40,386 nt of DNA from Nitrospiraceae bacterium (lineage in GTDB: Bacteria > Nitrospirota > Thermodesulfovibrionia > Thermodesulfovibrionales > Dissulfurispiraceae). Position 1 is the stretch's first letter, and every line of letters begins with the position of its first letter. A program made the position numbers and the translations under genes. The stretch is from contig PMYY01000166.1 in assembly GCA_003170655.1 (NCBI GenBank), positions 4,013-44,398 on the forward strand, read 5' to 3'. Shown here piece after piece: positions 35,665 to 40,386 of the stretch. A model generated the notes under the pieces. The model worked only from the letters and a program-made list of their open reading frames with translations, did no database searches and had not been told where the DNA came from.

Positions 35665-36057
35665 TTACCGCAATTTTCCTTTGGAACCTTTTAAGGAACC
35701 GAATGCTATCATGCGGTCATTTCTGTTTTGATGGCTATTTCTTTTCTGAGGTTTTTTTGCCACAACTTTTTTTCTCGCTGGTTTCTTTGATGCGGTAACT
35801 TTCGCAGCCAATTTCTTCGACGTTTTTACTTTTGTCAGCATTTCTTCAGCAAGCAAAAGATCAGAGCTGATGATCCCAGCAGCTTTAGCGACTGCAATCT
35901 TCGCAGCAGCAATATTTTCATTTGGCGATGCATTAAGCAACTCTCTAATAGCCGCAGCCAACGATTTTTCTGCTGAGGACTTTAGCTTAATTCCTCGTGC
36001 CTTCTCAAAAATACTGATTAGAGCATCAACAACTGGTTTGACAAGAGCAGTCTCCAT
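35665..36057 (-). CDS. hypothetical protein with Ala-rich helical N-domain and Lys/Ala-rich (histone-H1-like) C-terminal tail
   Basis: ~130 aa. The tail reads KTSKKLAAKVTASKKPARKKVVAKKPQKR. ATG 36057 is preceded by GGAAGG; the ORF-track start at 36060 is a GTG. No family recognised. Confidence 0.5.
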   Translation of the reverse strand: METALVKPVVDALISIFEKARGIKLKSSAEKSLAAAIRELLNASPNENIAAAKIAVAKAAGIISSDLLLAEEMLTKVKTSKKLAAKVTASKKPARKKVVAKKPQKRNSHQNRNDRMIAFGSLKGSKGKLR

Positions 36058-36112
36058 CACTTGCCTTCCTTCGAAAGTATATTATCATATTTAGATTATC
36101 ATGGTGTTAGTC

Positions 36113-36245
36113 TCAGTCGAATGGATCGCAGATTGCGATTGTGTCATCTTACGGGTACAGATGCGTGACCGAGGGCGCTGATGAACTGACGCACTCCAAG
36201 AATATCCTTGCTTGATTCACGTTAGACGGTCCGTGTATCAAGGGC
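36113..36245 (-). pseudogene. relic of a second sigma-54 activator gene (C-terminal AAA+/linker segment only)
   Basis: About 70% nucleotide identity by eye to 36440-36595 of the intact neighbour. For example, gcgattgtgtcatcttacgggtacagatgcgtgaccgagggcgctgatgaactgacgcac aligns with gcgattgtgtcacccttgcaggtgatagccgcgtattcgagggcgttgatgagctgacgaac. It translates with a frameshift and a stop as ..VRQFISALGHASVPVR/DDTIAICDPFD*, compared with GNVRQLINALEYAAITCKGDTIAIADLPDY. Confidence 0.5.
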
Positions 36246-36260
36246 ATGATAAATTACGCC

Positions 36261-37616
36261 CTACGCTATATTCAATTCCTTTATAATCTTCCAGAGCGTG
36301 ACCCTGCTTATCCCCAAATGCCTCGCTGCGAGTGTCCGGTTGCCGTTGAATTTTCCGAGTGCGGCGATTACGTGGTCTCTTTCCCGGTGGTTCTTTGCAG
36401 GCAATGTCCGCTCTATGCCACGTCCCTTTTTGATTAGGTAATCGGGTAGGTCGGCGATGGCGATTGTGTCACCCTTGCAGGTGATAGCCGCGTATTCGAG
36501 GGCGTTGATGAGCTGACGAACATTGCCGGGCCAGTGGCAAGCCTCGATTGCCTCCATCGATGCAGGGCTGAGACGCTGTATGCACTTTCTGTTCACGATG
36601 TTGATTCGTTCGAGGTAATGAGAGACGAGTATCGGTAGATCTTCGGGTCTGTCCCTAAGAGGAGGCGTGTTAATTGGGATGACGTTGATGCGATAAAAGA
36701 GGTCTTCCCTGAAGATTCCCGACTCCATAAGGTCCGTCAGGTCTTTATTGGTGGCGGTTATCAATCTCACATCGACCGTCACAGTCCGGTGGTCGCCAAC
36801 CTTTTCGAGCTCCTTTTCCTGGATAACCCTCAGGAGTTTTACCTGCATCGATGCGGGCATGTCTCCGATCTCGTCGAGAAAAATGCTTCCCTCATGAGCG
36901 ATCTCGAACCTACCTTGGCGGTCTTTGATAGCGCCAGTAAACGCTCCGCGCACATGGCCGAAAAGTTCGCTTTCGAGGAGAAATTCGTTCAAAGCTGCGC
37001 AATTTATTTTTACAAAGGGGCCCTTGTTCCGGCGGCTAAGTTTGTGTATCGCTTCAGCCACGAGCTCCTTGCCTGTGCCGCTTTCTCCTGAGATGAGTAC
37101 GGGGGCCTCGCTCGAAGCCGCGTTCTGGATCTGTTCGTATAAACGCTTCATAGAGGGACTGGTACCGAGAAGTCCCATGAAACCATACTCGTGCATCAAT
37201 TCACTCTTCAGTTTTTCTATTTCGAGGTCTTTCATGTCGAGCGAAGTCACGTTGGTCATTACCTCGACGGCGCCGATGATCTCTTCCAGATTGTTTTTCA
37301 GCAGCACCGCATTTTTCAGGAGATGGACACTTCGGCCGTCTTTGCCGCGCAGGTGGCAGCTAGTTCCCGACATGGCGCCACTTTCAAATAGCGTACACTT
37401 TTTAAGGTCTCCCACCTGTTTCTTATAGCTGCATGTGTTGTTGTCGAGCATGGAGCATTGTTTCCCGACGACGTCTTCGCGCCGGTAGCCGGTGATCTCT
37501 TCCGCAGCGCGGTTGAAAAAAAGGATGGTGCTCTCCTTGTCGATGACCATGAGACCATCGGACATCGTCTCAATAACGCTCTTGAGGAATTCAGGGTTAG
37601 CCAGTAGGGGGTCCAT
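36261..37616 (-). CDS. sigma-54-dependent transcriptional activator (PAS + AAA+ + Fis-type HTH)
   Basis: PAS (MSDGLMVIDKESTILFFNRAAEEITGY), Walker A GESGTGKE, GAFTGA, ESELFGH, and the C-terminal HTH (RTLAARHLGISRVTLWKIIKE). The start is uncertain. I prefer ATG 37616; the alternatives are 37661 and 37742. Confidence 0.85.
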   Translation of the reverse strand: MDPLLANPEFLKSVIETMSDGLMVIDKESTILFFNRAAEEITGYRREDVVGKQCSMLDNNTCSYKKQVGDLKKCTLFESGAMSGTSCHLRGKDGRSVHLLKNAVLLKNNLEEIIGAVEVMTNVTSLDMKDLEIEKLKSELMHEYGFMGLLGTSPSMKRLYEQIQNAASSEAPVLISGESGTGKELVAEAIHKLSRRNKGPFVKINCAALNEFLLESELFGHVRGAFTGAIKDRQGRFEIAHEGSIFLDEIGDMPASMQVKLLRVIQEKELEKVGDHRTVTVDVRLITATNKDLTDLMESGIFREDLFYRINVIPINTPPLRDRPEDLPILVSHYLERINIVNRKCIQRLSPASMEAIEACHWPGNVRQLINALEYAAITCKGDTIAIADLPDYLIKKGRGIERTLPAKNHRERDHVIAALGKFNGNRTLAARHLGISRVTLWKIIKELNIA

Positions 37617-37629
37617 ATCGTTAATTATC

Positions 37630-37662
37630 AATGAATGGTTAACAAATATTAACACATTCATT
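37630..37662. repeat. 33-nt AT-rich near-perfect palindrome 14 nt upstream of the preferred activator start
   Basis: AATGAATGGTTAACAAATATTAACACATTCATT: 13 pairable positions with one bulge, and a nested GTTAA/TTAAC. Confidence 0.6.
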
Positions 37663-37834
37663 AACCTCTTTGCCAGAATGGAGAAAGCACCGGCATTGAT
37701 AAGTGGCCAAAAAATCCCTGAATCATGATAATGAGGAATCAACTTTGATGCCAGGACTTGGTGGAAGGAATAAACGAAGCGCTATAACTCCCCAATTCCC
37801 CCTCTTAAATTAAGGGGGGGACTGAGAGTTATTT

Positions 37835-39097
37835 CTACAACGGTGACCAGCCTGGGCTGGCTGCCCGAAAGCCTTTAGGAGTCAGGCGCTTCAGCCCCTC
37901 GCCGTTGGCTCTTATAACGAATATGCCTGTCGGTCCTTGACGGTTAGAAGTAAAAGCGATGTATCTTCCATCAGGTGAGAAGCTGGGGTCCTCATTGTTT
38001 CCTGCATCGGTAAGTTGTGTTACCCCGCTGCCGTCAGGTTTAATGGTGAATATCTGGTTCTTGCCTCCGATCATACTGGCATACACGATTTTATCCCCGG
38101 TCGGAGACCATTGCGGGGAAGTATTGTAATTCCCTTGGAAGGTCAGCCTGCGAACGTTGAATCCCTCCTTGTCCGACATGTAAAGCTGAGGGCTGCCCGA
38201 GCGGTTGGATACGAAGACGATCGTGGACCCGTCGGGAGAGACCGAAGGGGAAACATCGATCCAAGGTGTAGCGATAATCTTGCGGCTCCCGCTGCCGCCG
38301 ATGTCCCCGATGGAGATGTCGGAGTATCCGTCCCTTGCTGTTGAGAATGCGAACCTCCGGTTGTCGGGGAAGAAATTCCCAACGATGCTAACACCTGACA
38401 GGCGTATCGTGCTCAACTCCCGCATCGCGTTAATGTCAAGCTGGTATATGCCCCATTTCCGGTTCTTCTCAGCTGAATAGATAAGCTTAGATCCGTCCCG
38501 TGCCCAGCGAGGAGCAAGGATGATGCCTCCTTTGATTCCGACCGGATACATGCGCTCGCCGTCCCAGTCCATCATGTGCAACTCCTTCAATCCGGACTTC
38601 TGGGCGATAAATGCGATCTTCGTCTTGAATATTCCCTGCTGCCCCGTGAGTATTTTGTATATGTCGTTGGAGACGGCGTGCGCAAGAAGCCTCACTAGGT
38701 CGGGTTTTGCGGTGTACTCTTTTCTCAGCACTTCCCTGCCCTCGGCGACATCGAATGCGGATACAGTTACGTTAAGGGACTGGGCTGTCGCCCTTGTCGC
38801 AACTCCTTTTATCACCATCTCCACGCCGAGGCCCTTCCAGCTCTGCATATTGAACGGCTGATCGGGACGCTCTATCTGCGCAGCGTCGTCGAGGCAGTCG
38901 AACAGGCCGGTGAAGGTCATGTCAGCCTTTACTATATCGGAGACCTCTTTAGCACCGACGAAAGGCTGGATCGCAATTGGAAGCTTCTTGATTCCTGAAG
39001 AAGTGATGTCGATGTAAATCTTGTCAGCGCTGCATGGCTCAATGAACAGGGCCGCCAAAATAATGAAAACTGCAAAAGCGGGAATTATTTTTCTCAT
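37835..39097 (-). CDS. tolB: Tol-Pal system beta-propeller protein TolB
   Basis: 420 aa. A signal peptide, the TolB N-domain, then repeated PD40/WD-like blades (SPDG...I.F.S.R.G...L). Confidence 0.9.
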   Translation of the reverse strand: MRKIIPAFAVFIILAALFIEPCSADKIYIDITSSGIKKLPIAIQPFVGAKEVSDIVKADMTFTGLFDCLDDAAQIERPDQPFNMQSWKGLGVEMVIKGVATRATAQSLNVTVSAFDVAEGREVLRKEYTAKPDLVRLLAHAVSNDIYKILTGQQGIFKTKIAFIAQKSGLKELHMMDWDGERMYPVGIKGGIILAPRWARDGSKLIYSAEKNRKWGIYQLDINAMRELSTIRLSGVSIVGNFFPDNRRFAFSTARDGYSDISIGDIGGSGSRKIIATPWIDVSPSVSPDGSTIVFVSNRSGSPQLYMSDKEGFNVRRLTFQGNYNTSPQWSPTGDKIVYASMIGGKNQIFTIKPDGSGVTQLTDAGNNEDPSFSPDGRYIAFTSNRQGPTGIFVIRANGEGLKRLTPKGFRAASPGWSPL

Positions 39098-39110
39098 AGA
39101 TAAGTTCCTC

Positions 39111-39770
39111 TCAAGGACGTAGTCTTATGGCTCTTTCCATCTCCGACGGCGGAGGCGGTAACGGACTTGCATCGGTTATGGCTTTGATGGTTGCCCTGTC
39201 ATATAGTGGATTGCCTGATTTCTTCTCGAACCCAAGGATCGTAACGTTCCCGTTTCTTGCTATGCGGATATTGATAATGGCCAGCAAGTCTTTGTCCATT
39301 GATTCAGGAATGCGAAATTTCTCATGTATTATGCTACCGATCATGCTTCCGTAATCTGGCCCCCCGGGCGTGCCGGGCACGGATGTCTGTCCTGTCGAAC
39401 TCGACGTTCCCTTTGCCGAAATATCTATACTCTTCCTCAGCCGCTGCATGCTCTCAATCTTCCTCTTCGCCTCTAGCGCTGCGATTCTTTCATTGGCTGC
39501 ACTTTTTTCCTGTGGGGTCACCATCTCAGGCTTTTTTTCAGCTTTTTTTTCGGCAGCAGGCACGCTTTTTTCTTCCTTGGGCGCTTCTACTATCCGAGGC
39601 ATACCGGCGGAAGGGCTGTTCTCAGAGGGCGAAACAAGGGACACGTCAAAGACAGGTGCTTTATAGTGAGCACCTGAATCCATCATATATGCGACGACTA
39701 CGGCTAAGACGAGAAGAGAGTGCAAAGACAGCGAAAAAACAAGGGCGCTGTAAAGGCGGTCCGTCTTCAT
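39111..39770 (-). CDS. tolA: TolA/TonB-like envelope protein (N-terminal anchor, Lys/Glu/Pro linker, TonB_C-like domain)
   Basis: 219 aa. An N-terminal TM helix, a charged linker (EAPKEEKSVPAAEKKAEKKPEMVTPQEK), and a C-terminal domain ending PLPPPPSEM. It sits between tolR and tolB. Confidence 0.7.
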   Translation of the reverse strand: MKTDRLYSALVFSLSLHSLLVLAVVVAYMMDSGAHYKAPVFDVSLVSPSENSPSAGMPRIVEAPKEEKSVPAAEKKAEKKPEMVTPQEKSAANERIAALEAKRKIESMQRLRKSIDISAKGTSSSTGQTSVPGTPGGPDYGSMIGSIIHEKFRIPESMDKDLLAIINIRIARNGNVTILGFEKKSGNPLYDRATIKAITDASPLPPPPSEMERAIRLRP

Positions 39771-40168
39771 TTAAACGAAATCTTCGGTTCCGTTACCATT
39801 CCGAGTTTCTCTATTCCTGCCTCCTTCACCTCTCCCATGATCTCGACCACAGTCCCATACGGCACGTCCTTGTCTGCCTTGAGAAATACATCCGGATTGC
39901 GCTTGCTTATCGCAGTCAGCTTGACCAGCAGGTCGGCTTTCGATATGGAATTGTCATTCAGAAAAAGCGCTCCGCCCTTTTTGATAACAATAGAGATCCT
40001 CTCTTCCGGAGGCAGCTCTTTGCCTTTGGCCTGGGGGAGGTTTATATCAATTCCCTGCTGCATCAAAGGGGCAGTCACCATAAAGATGATAAGCAGCACC
40101 AGCATGACATCGACCAGAGGGGTTACGTTGATCTCGGATAAAGCAGTCCTATTTCGGTTCGTCTTCAT
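39767..40168 (-). CDS. tolR: ExbD/TolR-family biopolymer transport protein
   Basis: 133 aa. SEINVTPLVDVMLVLLIIFMV signature. ATGA overlap with the tolA-like gene. Confidence 0.85.
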   Translation of the reverse strand: MKTNRNRTALSEINVTPLVDVMLVLLIIFMVTAPLMQQGIDINLPQAKGKELPPEERISIVIKKGGALFLNDNSISKADLLVKLTAISKRNPDVFLKADKDVPYGTVVEIMGEVKEAGIEKLGMVTEPKISFK

Positions 40169-40170
40169 GG

Positions 40171-40386
40171 TTAGGAGAGGATGTAGTCTACGAGTTCCTC
40201 TGAGAAGTCCTCCATGGTCATGATCATACGATTAACGCGGCTCAGATAATAGTTGTAAGCGATGACGGCGGGTATTGCAGCGGCGAGTCCCATAGCCGTG
40301 GTGACAAGGGCCTCGGCAATTCCCGGGGCGACAACAGCAAGGGATGCGGACCCCGCAGCGCCGATACCGGTGAAGGCGTTCATGAT
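40171..40386 (-). CDS. tolQ: MotA/TolQ/ExbB-family proton channel, C-terminal part (N-terminus beyond the right edge)
   Basis: ...APGIAEALVTTAMGLAAAIPAVIAYNYYLSRV..., the conserved C-terminal TM2-TM3 signature. The frame is open to the window edge. Confidence 0.8.
   Translation of the reverse strand: MMNAFTGIGAAGSASLAVVAPGIAEALVTTAMGLAAAIPAVIAYNYYLSRVNRMIMTMEDFSEELVDYILS

Noticed and set aside
37743-37834. Absence of pal (and ybgF) after tolB, and a stem-loop CCCCCTCTTAA/TTAAGGGGGGG after the tolB stop.
   Set aside because: pal can be encoded elsewhere and the window ends inside tolQ, so this is not informative on its own. The hairpin lacks a U-tract, so I did not call a terminator.
1-40386. 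Scan for tRNA, rRNA, tmRNA, RNase P, SRP RNA, CRISPR repeats, IS elements/transposases, integrases, toxin-antitoxin pairs and known defence genes.
   Set aside because: No intergenic region larger than ~370 bp exists. None shows spaced direct repeats, T-loop-type GTTCGAATC motifs outside CDSs, or conserved cores such as GAGGAAAGTCC. No ORF shows DDE, tyrosine/serine recombinase, RT or nuclease-NTPase defence signatures. This was a by-eye scan only and could miss short or divergent elements.

Overview
This is a gene-dense 40.4-kb chromosomal segment with about 37 protein genes on both strands. GC is roughly 50-57% by spot counts, apart from one ~1.9-kb islet at ~40% GC. The host is a diderm, probably anaerobic bacterium; I cannot assign a taxon from sequence alone. 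By eye I found no rRNA, tRNA, CRISPR array, transposase, integrase, phage gene or recognisable defence gene.

Gene content, left to right:
- YihY-like membrane protein (partial) and an amidohydrolase.
- A decayed msrA and a small unknown ORF.
- An operon of a TPR/HExxH peptidase and a tandem-HD phosphohydrolase.
- A NifS-type cysteine desulfurase.
- An SOS module: lexA plus a Y-family polymerase.
- A DEAD-box helicase, a Cys-rich small protein and an orphan hydrogenase-maturation protease.
- kup behind a c-di-AMP (ydaO-class) riboswitch.
- A cold-shock protein gene and serS.
- A FliK-like / FlhB-C-terminal-like pair.
- A tightly packed operon: PRC-MgtE_N-CBS protein, non-canonical NRAMP, mtnA, polyprenyl synthase, AMMECR1.
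- moaC.
- A NarL-type two-component pair whose kinase carries an in-frame TAA.
- A lactate utilisation cluster: lctP, glcD, glcF, lutC and a lutB-lutA fusion.
- A beta-hydroxyacid dehydrogenase.
- The low-GC islet: FMN reductase, DinB-family protein and a Lys/Ala-tailed protein.
- A sigma-54 activator and tolQ(partial)-tolR-tolA-tolB.

I do not see a clear-cut novel multi-gene system such as a defence island. The observations most worth follow-up are:
1. The MgtE-sensor / non-canonical NRAMP split pair.
2. Promoter-proximal intrinsic terminators in the leaders of both cold-shock-class genes (rhlE-like and csp).
3. A perfect-consensus, apparently leaderless, LexA-box-containing lexA promoter, plus several more TATAAT-next-to-ATG genes.
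4. The kinase nonsense codon and the msrA decay.
5. The low-GC islet, which sits beside relics of a second sigma-54 activator.

All family calls come from motif recognition by eye. No database search was possible.
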